Assembly: GCA_964016885.1 (NCBI GenBank)
Contig: OZ024745.1
Coordinates: 101,928,001-101,992,000, forward strand
Origin: Eledone cirrhosa
Taxonomy: Eukaryota
Reading direction: 5' to 3'
Length of the DNA: 64,000 nt
Below, piece after piece: positions 27,325 through 39,153 of the stretch; position 1 is the first letter of the stretch, and each line of letters opens with the position of its first letter. The notes beneath the pieces were generated by a model. That model saw nothing but the letters and a program-made list of their open reading frames with translations, ran no database searches and was not told where the DNA came from. Made by a program: the position numbers and the translations under genes.

Positions 27325-28762
27325 ACTCCTGAGCTCTTAACCACATCAGCAAAACATTCATGACAATTACTAAACAAATGACTGCATTACATTGAAATGA
27401 GTTTTTACTTTGCAAATTTTTACAATTATTTCCCCCTAATAAGGACACTATTAACATTTGAATTAACAAAGCTGTTTTTTAGATATTTTCTCTTAACTCG
27501 TAACATGATGTACCAAATTTAGGTATTATGTTTAATTGCTTGGTTTTAGAAGGTACCTTGCTTATTTTTACTATTCATGCAAGTATATCTAATATATATT
27601 TCTGGTATATGTTTGTTTATGAGATGAATATAACAACTTCTCTTCTTTGTTCAATTCATATAGTTCAGTTTTCATCATTTAGTTTCACAATTGTAGTATA
27701 GAATTAGTTTGAATCATTTTTTTGAGTCTTTTGTTCATCTAGTTTCTCCAGCCTCAGGGCAATGGGCCACTATGCTCTTCCATCTTTCTCTCTATCTGTC
27801 AAGTGTTGGTGCTTGAAACCAGTTTGCGCCACACCTGCATAGGTCATCTTTTAGGATGGATCTCCATGTCTTTTGACTTACCCTTTGGTGATTTCCCACC
27901 AGTTGGCAACTATGACATTGCAGTTCTTGCTGCATATTTTTTTGAGTAGGTAGTTAGTTATAAATCTTTTGGCTATAATCATGACTCACTTATATCAAGT
28001 GCACTTTGGTTTGATAAGGATCAAATTATTTTAGAAAAACAATTTATTTTTTCCATTTGGGAACAGAAATTAACTGATTTGTGTAATGAAAAACTAATTG
28101 ACAAAAGCCTGCTGGAAAGTTGTACTTAGAAGATGGAATACTGCTAAAACATGTGAAACTGCTTGATGAAATCCTCAGCATTTAAAACAGCAACTTAAAT
28201 ATGAGAAAGTTATATTAGTAAAGCCTCTGAATTCCTGATTATATAAAAAAAATTATTTGAAAATCATAGGTAGTGTCTTTCATGAGAAATATTGTAATAA
28301 AAGGATTAAATATTCTTTTTAAAATAATTCTTCTTTTGAGAATGTTTGATTTCTGAAAAAAAAAAAAAAGTAAAGCATGATTATTCACAAATTATGAACA
28401 TTATTCATTTACAGATAAATAATCAAAAGTAGGTTGTCAATATTTGCTTTTCAACTTTGTCTCAACTGAGAAGGAATTGATGATTTTTTTTTTAACTTAG
28501 CATTTTTAGACTATTCGGATATGCAAATCTATCTCATTGCTTATTTAATTAAGAACATATGCATGATCAATATATATTTCTAAATAGGTAAATAGTTAAA
28601 TTTTGAAGAAATTTTATTATTCTTTTACTTGTTTCATTCATTTGATTGTGGTCAAGGAATTTAGTTGATTATATCAACCTCAGTGTATATTTTTTAAAAT
28701 CTGCTATTTATATTATTGATTTCCTTCTTTTGACCCACTAACTTACAGGACAGACATAAATA

Positions 28763-28980
28763 TGAGGGGTAGCTGAAACGTTCCTGGCTTTGGGTAAAAG
28801 AAAATACAGGAGGTTCAGTTAATTATGGTTTTATTCAACATATTCCCCTCTCAGATTCACAGACTTATTGCAGTGGTCCTTCAGTTTTTCTAAGCCCTGT
28901 AAAAAGAACTTGAAAGATTGTGTCTCCATCTAGCCTTTCGCATTACTCTTAAAGCCAGGAACTTTTCAGCACCCCGCTCA
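28763..28980. mobile_element. mariner-type MITE
   Basis: Imperfect ~28-bp TIRs TGAGGGGTAGCTGAAACGTTCCTGGCTTT / AAAGCCAGGAACTTTTCAGCACCCCGCTCA; TA at the left end. Confidence 0.8.
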
Positions 28981-29989
28981 TTTAAATAAAACAACCACAC
29001 ACTCACACATACAGATTCATTTTTAGAAGCCTACAGATCAACATAGTACTCAGTGAATGTTTAAGTACAGAGTTGAAATAGAATTTTGGTAGGAATCCCT
29101 CCACTGCAGTTGGCCTGCAGGCTTGCTTGGTTGTTCTAACCTGGACCATCTACAATTCTTATAAAGATTCCTTTTCAGGTAGCTCTCTGTTATCGCTATT
29201 TTTTAAAAGGTTTAGTATTTCTGCTGGTAGAATCTAAACCTTCTTACTGTCCAGGGCTGGATAAGGAGGCATGGTCAAGCAGTAGACATCCCTACTTAAA
29301 TATAAACAATGTCATGCCATGATTCCTCTACCAAGCTTCCAACTGATATTTTAACTATAGTGGTACTATCACTATGCTGCTCACTCCTACTAACCTTTGT
29401 TACCTCCCTCATTGCATCCTTACTCCAAACACACACAACTCTGAAAATTTGTTAAACATCCATTCAAGCTACTATGTACTTCTATGATACCTATGCACTC
29501 CTGCTCCCTTCCATTGCTAAAAGACCTGAAAAAAGACAATGACTGTGCTCACTTTACTGAACTAAAACACATACTTCACATGACAAAGTTGGCTTTGATC
29601 TTAATCTTAACCAGGACTAACCAGTTCAAAGCAAGCAATCCTGCAAACCAACTGAAACAGAGAAGGCCCTCTGTTGGGTTAGTGAGCTTCTGCAGTTTCT
29701 GTCTACCAAATTTCACTCACAAGGCATTAGTCAACCTGAAGCTAAAGTAGAAAACACTTGCCCAGAATACCATGCAGTGGAAATGAATCAGAGGCCATGT
29801 AATTGTGAAGTGATATCTTTAACCAAACAGTCATGTCTGTATCTGTTAATAAAAATGTGAATAAAAGTTTCATAAAACCATATGAATTAATTTTTTTTAA
29901 AATCATTTTTTCTCAACCAGTATGGTAACTCATTTTTCTCATTATTTGGCATTAATTATTAATTTACTGTTGATATTTGATTATTTTAG

Positions 29990-30162
29990 GCAAAGATCGT
30001 CCATGCTGAGATTGATGGTCAAACAATTTCTCCTCCTGATGGTTACTTGCTAAGAAAAGGTTTAGGCAGCTGTCCTTTTGATTTTGGCCAGGAAATTACC
30101 TTCTCATCAACTGGTGATCTCTCATTTGGTTCTAAGAGTCCTAATCCTGCCAAAGATAGAAG
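29990..30162 (+). CDS. KATNIP: Internal coding exon of a katanin-interacting protein (KATNIP/KIAA0556) homolog
   Basis: Acceptor ttattttag|G and donor AG|gtaatt bound a 173-bp open exon (phase 0 to 2). It encodes AKIVHAEIDGQTISPPDGYLLRKGLGSCPFDFGQEITFSSTGDLSFGSKSPNPAKDR, closely resembling the vertebrate KATNIP segment recalled as AKIVHVSLDG..SPPEGFLIRKGPGNCHFDFAQEILF (from memory, not searched). Confidence 0.85.
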
Positions 30163-32209
30163 GTAATTAATTTTTATAATTAATTTGACATTTATGAAAT
30201 GTTGTGATTGTTTATGTCTTCTTTTTTTTTTAATTCATGGCTATGTATGGGGCAGTCAATGTGATTTGATATTAGACTTGATGTTTTTTTAATGATAAGC
30301 TAGAAATTAGTTAACAAAATAAAATATTTTAATTGAAAGAAAAGTGACTGTAGACATAAAGTTGAGATTGTGATGATTAGTATTGTACTTGTCATTTTCG
30401 TATAAGAAATGTGATTAGTATGAAGAGTTTGTGAAGGTGAAATTGAAGTTGTACAGGTGGAGTTATATTTGTTTCAATCAATGTAAAGTTTCTCTTTGAT
30501 ATTGTAAATTGACAAAGAGTTGAACTGTTAAGTTTAATTGGTAAGGTTTTGTTGCTTTTTTATCTTTTATTACTACATTTCCAAAGAAGATATTGCTTAC
30601 AATTTCCAAATGATTTTGAAAATGAGAATTTGAAAGGATTTAATATTTGAAAGAAATTAATAGAGAATATTTAGTTATCAACTAACATTGCTAGTGACTA
30701 CAAGAACCCTTCTGTTGCTCCATTCACTTTTGAGTTTCCTGCGAAATTAAAATTGAAGATGTGATATTGTTGAAAAACTTCTTATGAACTTTGGAAAGTA
30801 GCAAATTGCAGAAGTGCTATGTGAATTAATATGAGAATAATTCATTAGGTTGTGGTTGATGTTGCTGTGTTGTTCACAAGTATTATAAAGCCAAAATACA
30901 AATCTGGTAGTCAGAAATTGAATATTTATATATATTTCTCTTTTCTTTGTCTTGAAGAAGTGATCAGTTTATTTTATATGAACACTTTGTATTGTGATAA
31001 AAGCAAATTCATTCTAAAAACTGAAGATCTTATATTGAGTTTAAATTCTGTTGAAGCCTTTTACTGTTAACTGTTGCAAGACTTTGTGTGCAGTAAATTT
31101 ACCATTTTCATACTAATGGTCTGCTGGCATTTAATCAAATGTAAATGTTAGCTAGAGTTTTATTTTGACAGTAACATAATATAAGTCAATGTAAACATTT
31201 TGTTGAAAACATTAAATAATCTTCTACTTATGAAGGCAATTATTTTTATTTACATTATTATATCTGTTTGCAAACAATTATGCGTATGCAAACTTATACA
31301 AACAATAAAAATTACTGGTATTCATAGAAACAGAAGAATGAATCTTTTGAAGAGAGTTAAAACCACATTGTTATGAAGCCTATTTGGCAGCTTTGCAAGT
31401 TGTTTAGAAAAATTTAAATTATTTGCTTTGTTACTTAAAAAGGGAATGAAATGAGAAGATTCTTGTCAGTTAATGTGGAATAATCTAATGAGCAGAAAGA
31501 AATGTGGGGGTGGAATCAAAACATTTGATTTTTTTCCTTTCTTTAGAAATCTATTATAAACTTCTTTTTCATCCAAATGAAGGATGAAGAAAATGCTAAA
31601 ATATAATGTGGCAGAAAAATCAGAATCTGCAGTGAGGTATATTGATTTAATAGATCCCGATAGATCATTAAACTGTCCATCTGTTTCTTAATATATTCCT
31701 GCATCAGAGTGAGTTATGATGATTATTCAAAAGTCATTTCAACCTCTGACATTTTGTTAGTCAATCTACTTCTTCATGAACTTCCAGTGATTTGGTCTTG
31801 GAAAATTATGGGTCCTACAGTAGATTAATATTTATTTGGATGTTTGGGAATTCTGTTTGTTCCTTCTTTTATTTCTCTACCTGTATCTACCTTAGTATGC
31901 CTTCTGCATACAGTATTACTTAAACATGAAACTGTAGACCAACCATCCAGTGAGAGGGTGTCTTCATGACTGATCAACCTAGTAGAAATAGCAGCTAAAT
32001 CTCTCTTAAATCTCACTCTACTGTCTTAAGAAATAGGAAAAGATATTAGATAGTATAATCATGGATACCCTAAAAAGATTGTATTGTCACAACTAAAATT
32101 CTCTGTATCATAAATATCTTCTACAAGAGTTGACATTAGTCTTATACAACTAAAACAACTGTGCAAATACTCTAAATCACATGAGTTAGTTATTAGCAAC
32201 TTCAAAATA

Positions 32210-33600
32210 AGCTCAAGACAGAATAGGAAACAGGAAAATCTGGAGGAGAGGAGTTTGGAAGCTAAAGAACCTTTCTGTTAAGTGTAGATTCAGGAAAGCT
32301 TTACTTGAGGCATGTGAGAACAAAGACCAGTTAGACACACATGACATAGAGGGCAATTGGAAGGTCTTACGTGATAACTCACTACAGACTACTGAAAAGA
32401 TTTGTGGCTGCACCATAGCACCAACTAGACAGAAGGTAACTTGGTGGTGGAACAGTACAGTAAGGGCCATTAAAGCCAAGAGACAGATGTGGAATGACTG
32501 GAAAAATTGAGGCAACAGAGACCGGTACCAGGTAACTAAAAGAGAGGATAGGCAACAGGTATACATAGCATGAAAAGAGGCTGAAGAAAGAAGGTTTGCC
32601 AATGTCTTGCAGCTTAAAGATCAGAGATGTGAGGTGTTCCATATTGCAACGTAGTTTGTCAGTGTAAATCAGGATATTATTTGGGAAAAGTGTGTATGAA
32701 ATGACACTGGTGCACTTAGCATCACTAATGCGGAAAAAAAAAGTCATGGAAATAAGACATTGATGAATGTGGAGAATGAATAGGTGGAAGGGAGACTTAT
32801 CCAACTATCAAAATGGACAGTTATAGGATCAAGGAAGCAATGAAGGAGGTGAAAAATGGTACTGCCACAGGACTGTCAGAGATAGTCACTGGGATGCTGA
32901 AAGCCTCTGGGAAAGTAGTAGTTGAACTAGTCGCCCACATAGTCAATTAGATAATTCAGGACCACACCAAATGACTGGTGCAGCAGCATGATCATTAATT
33001 GCTACAATGGAAAAGAGATGCTCTAGAAAGGGAATAAAACTAAAAGATCAAGTTATGAAAGTGACAGAAAGAGTTGTAGCACAACTAATTAGAGAAAGAA
33101 TCAAATTAAATGAGATGCAATTCCATTTCATGCAAGAAAGGAGCACCACAGATACCTTCTTTTTAGTGAGACAATAATTACTCCATTACTAGCTTTTGTT
33201 GATCTAGAGAAAACCTTTGACGGAGTACTCCAATCAGTCATCTGGTGGCCTTTAAGGAGACTAGGTGTAGAAGAGTGGCTTGTAAGAACAATGTAAGAAC
33301 AGAAGAACAGAAGAGCTGTAAGTAAAGTGGGAATAGGAAATGAGTTTAGTGAGTAATTCAAGGTACAAGATGGAGTGCATTGCGGGTTCAATTTTTAGCC
33401 CACTCTTGTTTTCCCTAGTCCTCCATGCCATAACAGAGGAGCTTAAAACTGGTTGGCCATAGGAACTTCTGTATGCTGATAATCTGGTCTTCATAGCTGA
33501 GTCTGTGGAAAAACTAGCAAATGAATTGCAACTACAGAAACAGAACTTAGAGTAAACTTTCCAAAACTCAAAATGTTAATAAGCAGGAAAGAAGTAGGCA
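32210..33600 (+). mobile_element. Degenerate RTE-clade LINE fragment (RT region)
   Basis: Plus-strand translation gives KVTWWWN, AFVDLEKTFD, FSPLLF and LLYADNLV with many stops. The minus-strand ORFs in the track are antisense. Confidence 0.85.
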
Positions 33601-33678
33601 TACATTTTATACAATGTACCCAATGGAAATCTTCTGATTTTGTTTTAATGTATGTGTGTATATATATATATATATATA

Positions 33679-34438
33679 CTAGCTAAACTACCCGTGCTTT
33701 GGACGGTTCAAGTAGCTTTCGATGTAGCTCATTAAACTAAACAAAGTAAATTTGAATACATAGAAGAAAAACGTACTTTATGTAAACATGAAAACCTTAG
33801 GCACTATTCCAGCAAAATAATTAATATGTGAGCTTGGTGTCATCCGTTATACCATGTAACAACAGAAATCCAGTCTAGGTATAAATTTTTTTGACAACAG
33901 TAAAAGCGCATCATGAAATAGAGAAGTGAAGTGAATAATAGACACTATTATGTACAAAGCATAATATTGTAAGAGTTATGACATCACTTAACGTATGAAC
34001 ATCAAGCTTGAAACGATAAATTATACAATGTCAAATCTATAACTTAACTTAGTAATCTGTTAGAAATTGCTGGTTGTGAAATATACAAAATTATATTGTT
34101 AGTCTCAAGGAAGCGTACCTTTTGTTTCAAGTACAAAAAGTCAATTAAAATCCGAATGAGCTGAATTACGAAAGATAACTCTTGCCTTACTTAAAGATAA
34201 CTCTTGTCTTACTTAATCACAAAAATTGACACAAATAACCGAAATTTTTTAATGTCTCCAAAGGCCCCAATATCGATTTTTGAAAGCCTTTGTAGATCAT
34301 GTACAGGTTTTGTGCAAGGAGAAGCTCTGTAAAAAATTTCAAAGAAATCGCATGAATGGTTTAGAATATATGAGCCCTCATTAAAAATTGTCCACATACA
34401 CACACATACAGAAAACTTCGTCTTTATATCTATACAGA
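33679..34438 (-). mobile_element. Non-autonomous Helitron-like element (Lep1-like layout)
   Basis: Minus strand starts A|TC and ends CTAG|T, with a subterminal hairpin CCGTCCAAAGCACGG. An internal CA-rich microsatellite and an AAATTTCA..AAATCG..TGGTTTAG block resemble invertebrate non-autonomous Helitrons. Confidence 0.7.
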
Positions 34439-34450
34439 TATATAAGTAAA

Positions 34451-34823
34451 CAAAGAATCAGTGTTGCATCATATACATATTTAATTACATATTACATATG
34501 TTTCATTGTCAATCAGCTTGTGGAATGATCTATTAATGATCAAACTTGACTCTTGAATCGGAAGCTCTTTATACATATTTTAACATGTAGACGCGAGTCT
34601 ACATGTTAAAACATATCTGAGGAGCTTCCAATTCCAGAGTCAGGTTCGATAATTAATAGATTGTTCCTCGAGTAGACTCGTTTCTACATGTTAAAATATA
34701 TATGAGGAGCTTCCGATTTCAGAGTCAGGTTTCATCATTAATAGATCATTACTCAAGCTGATCGACAGTGAAACATATGTAATATATAATTAAATATGTA
34801 TATGATGAAACACTGATTCTTTG
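34451..34823. mobile_element. Inverted + tandem repeat element
   Basis: The left arm 34451-34592 is the reverse complement of 34683-34823. Perfect central hairpin TTTTAACATGTAGAC gcga GTCTACATGTTAAAA; partial copy at 34597-34672. Confidence 0.7.
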
Positions 34824-35008
34824 GTCTTTTATATATTAATATTATTGGTAGTCTGCTCCCCAAGAGCATGGAGTGCTCATTCAGTATACCGCCAATGGAC
34901 GCAACTAATTTGCTCCGTAACACCTATATATTTATCTATAAACATACCGTGTTTCTTTAGAAATACGAAATTTCTATACATATCTCTCTCTCTCTCTGTC
35001 TCTCTCTC

Positions 35009-35052
<44 letters not shown>

Positions 35053-35056
35053 TCTA

Positions 35057-35091
<35 letters not shown>

Positions 35092-35171
35092 GTATATATA
35101 TACATATGTATATATATATACATATATATATATACTCACACATACATACATACAAACACACACTCATAATA

Positions 35172-35212
<41 letters not shown>

Positions 35213-35840
35213 AAACAGTTTTAATTCCACTTTAATTACAGTAAGCAATAGGGCGGTGGATTGGCAGTATCGGTAGAGGGTTGGCAGTATCGGTAGAGCT
35301 TTGCAGCATAGAGTTGCGGCCCTTTATGATCTGAGTTCAAATCCCGCCGAGGTTAACTTTGCCTTTCATCCTTACGGGGTCGATAAAATAAAGCACCAGT
35401 CACGCACTGGGATTCATTTAATAGACTTTCCCCTCCTCCAAAATTGCTGGCCTTGTGCCTATATAAGAAACCATTATTACAGTAAGCAATGTTGTCTTAT
35501 GTTTGGTCGTTAAAATGTAATATATTATCCCTGTTCTTTCATTATGTGTGGCGTTGCCATGGTTACATTCATTCATTACTTGTTAATTGTTCATCTGTCT
35601 TTCATATTCTAACCAATCTATAACTCAAACTCAATTTCTATTTCTTTCTTTTTTGACATTGATTTTAATCTGGTTTATTACATCTTTTTTTTTTTTAAAA
35701 ACCCCTTTATAAAATTTACATTTTAAATATATTTAATTTATCAAGTCACATGATTACAGTGTCATTTTTTTTGTTTGCTTGTTATTTTTATCTCCTCATA
35801 TATATCTATATTTTGGCATTAATATATTATTTTTTAGTTA

Positions 35841-36028
35841 GGGCGGTGGATTGGCAGTATCGGTAGAGGGTCGGACGCCATGCATTGATGCATAGAGTTA
35901 CGGCCCTTGCCATTCTGAGTTCAAATCCCGCCGAGGTTAACTTTGCCTTTCATCCTTACGGGGGTCGATAAAATAAAGTGCCAGTAATACACTGGGTAAT
36001 TGCTGGCCTTGTGCCTAACGTAGAAACA
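35841..36028 (+). mobile_element. tRNA-derived SINE with Meta-like core (family A), TSD ATTATTTTTTAGTT
   Basis: A box TGGCAGTATCGG, B box GAGTTCAAATCC, core GCCTTTCATCCTTACGGGGTCGATAAAAT. Other copies at about 14210-14395+, 17652-17756-, 23886-24058+, 24085-24271+, 24862-25030-, 25501-25692-, 25939-26121+, 35250-35472+, 37218-37406-, 56380-56590-, 56837-56908-, 59693-59758-, 61512-61686+; diverged copies near 14945, 44590 and 63145. Confidence 0.9.
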
Positions 36029-36204
36029 ATTATTTTTTAGTTTATTACTCATACATGTGTATATATCCATAAAGATAAACATACACACACACACACACAG
36101 ACACATTAAGGTGGCAATGAGTTCGTGATTTCAGCTGTAAACTGCTGCAGTCTTCAAAGCTATTACTGTTTTCTTTAAAAATTAAAATATATACCCTGCT
36201 CACA

Positions 36205-37170
36205 CATAGAAACAGTAAGTACTGCCCTACTAGCCAAAGTCTATGATAAAGTTATGTATACATATATACACATATCTAATATGTAGGCATGTAAACATGT
36301 CAGAAAATACAAATTTCCCTGTAAAGTGAACTTGTGTGTGTCATCATCATCATCATCATCAACGTTTAACATCCGTGTTCCACGCTTGCATGGGTTTGGA
36401 CGGGGGTAGTCCCACTTGAGGCAAGAGTGATTGTCTTGCTCGCATAGGACTGTCTGGCAGGTTTTCTACAGTTGGATGCCCTTCCTAACACCAACCACAT
36501 TTACAGTGTGGGTCTGGGAGGTTTTTACCGTGTTGCCTACACGGCCACATTACAGCGTGGACTGTGTGTTTTTTTGTCGTGACACCTACACGATCTCATT
36601 TGTTTCGGCCTGGATGGCCATAGAAACAGTAAGTACTGCCCTACTAGCCAAAGTCTATGATAAAGTTATGTATACATATATACACATATCTAACATGTAG
36701 GCATGTAAACATGTCAGAAAATACAAATTTGCCTGTAAAGTGAACTTGTGTGTGTCATCATCATCATCATCATCAACGTTTAACATCCGTGTTCCACGCT
36801 TGCATGGGTTTGGACGGGGGTAGTCCCACTTGAGGCAAGAGTGATTGTCTTGCTCGCATAGGACTGTCTGGCAGGTTTTCTACAGTTGGATGCCCTTCCT
36901 AACACCAACCACATTTACAGTGTGGGTCTGGGAGGTTTTTACCGTTTTGCCTACACGGCCACATTACAGCGTGGACTGTGTGTTTTTTTGTCGTGACACC
37001 TACACAATCTCATTTGTTTCGGCCTGGATGGCCATAGAAATAGTAAGTACTGCCCTACTAGCCAAAGTCTATGATAAAGTTATGTATACATATATACACA
37101 TATCTAATATGTAGGCATGTAAACATGTCAGAAAATACAAATTTCCCTGTAAAGTGAACTTGTGTGTGTG
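36205..37170. repeat. 414-bp tandem duplication X-SINE-X-SINE-X (X ~136 bp)
   Basis: CATAGAAA.AGTAAGTACTGCCC starts at 36205, 36619 and 37033, with a minus-strand family B SINE variant between the copies. Confidence 0.92.
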
Positions 37171-38248
37171 TATATATATATATATATGAAGTATACGGAG
37201 AAAATGTTTTATGTAAATAATTGTTTCTACTTTAGGCACAAGGCCAGCAATTACCCAGTGCATTACTGGTACTTTATTTTATCGACCCCGTAAGGATGAA
37301 AGGCAAAGTCAACCTCGGCGGGATTTGAACTCAGATCGTAAAGGGACGTAACTATGCTGGAAAGCATGGCGTCCGACCCTCTACCGATGCTGCCAATCCA
37401 CCGCCCTTTTATGTTTTATGTAAATAATGAACAGGAGAATTGATTGTGCACACCCTTGGCAAAGTCCGATTCCCACGTTGAAAGGTTTCGATTTAGCACC
37501 ATTTATCCGAACGCAAATACTCATTCATTTGTATAGAGACATCAGGGCAGCAAGGAGCTGACCATCGATCCAATACTAATGCAGAACCCTCCACAGCAGA
37601 TCCCGAAGAAAGCAGTCATATGCCTTTTTAAGATTGACAACACTTTTGGCAATGCTCCCACGATTTCTCGAAGACTTGCCACAGTGTGAATATTTGGTTG
37701 GCTGTGCTGCATCCAAGGTGAAAACCACACTGTTCATCACCTAGCTTGGACTAATCAATCTCTTTGCCAGACACTTTATTTAGCAATTTGATTTAATTTT
37801 TATAATATTATTTTATTATAAAAATTAAATCAAATTGTTTAGAACTACAAGTGAAGTCATTATTTTCCTTTTCTTAAATATTCCTAACTGTACCAAGGAT
37901 TTCACACATTTTCCAATATATATATATAATAATAATAATAATATTATTTATAGTTATGTATACACTATATACAACTATAAACAGGAAAGGTCAGTAATTC
38001 ATTACTACCTTATTACCAGTAAGAAAAATAGCTCAATGTAAATACATTAGATGTTTTACAGAGCAGGAATATAAATTACACAATAATCAAAGCTATGTTC
38101 AAATCATTTTATTGCTGACATGGAGGCACATGGCTTAGTGGTTAGAGCATTGGCCTTGCAATCGAAAGGTTGTGAGTTCAATTCTCAGACCGGGTGATAT
38201 ATATATATATGTGTGTGTGTGTGTGAGTTTGTGCATATATATGTGTAC

Positions 38249-38313
<65 letters not shown>

Positions 38314-38828
38314 AACATACATACATGTATAGTGACTGCAGTTTATAAATCAAGCAAGTAGTAAGTATTTAGTATTTGCTTGCTTCGTTTACTGAATTTT
38401 CCAATATCTTTGAAGTGTTCCAGTTTGTACAGTTTACAGTGTGTGACTGTTTCAATTGCTTCACTCTTTTGTCTCTCTTTATACACTTGCACAACATAAG
38501 TAAAGCATCGATATTGCAATGAAGCATCCTTTTATCCATCACAATAGAATCTTTCCAGCTTTCACCAGATCAACTTTCATTGACCTCGGATTAAATTAAG
38601 AAGATTGATTAAGAATGTATTCATATCATCTAAACTGGCATGTTTGTTGTCTGCAGTGCAAATTATGCCCTTGTTGGCCGATGTAGAGAAATCTTTACAT
38701 TTAGTGTGTGTGTTCTCCATTGTGATTGCCCCCGTTATTCCTGATATTCCTGCAGCATCTTCATTATCTCTCACACCACCTGCACCAACATTGCAATATT
38801 TTTCTTTCTATGTCTCTTTCTTTCCCTC

Positions 38829-38915
<87 letters not shown>

Positions 38916-39153
38916 ATAGATAGATAAATAGACAGATTGAGATAGAAAGAAAAATATGCCAATGGTGGTGCAGGTGGTGTGAGAGATAATGAAGATGTAT
39001 ATATATATATATAATGAAGATATATATAATATCATCATCATCATTGTTTAACGTCTATCTTCCATGCTAGCATGGGTTTAGAGTATATATAATATATATA
39101 TAATATATATATATAATATAATATAATATATATATATATATATAATATATATA

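Noticed and set aside
31547-31636. Candidate exon with AG/GT boundaries downstream of the KATNIP exon
   Set aside because: In-frame stop in the phase needed to join the 29990-30162 exon.
37430-37770. GC-richer segment with a faint resemblance to a LINE C-terminus
   Set aside because: No diagnostic motif strong enough to call by eye.
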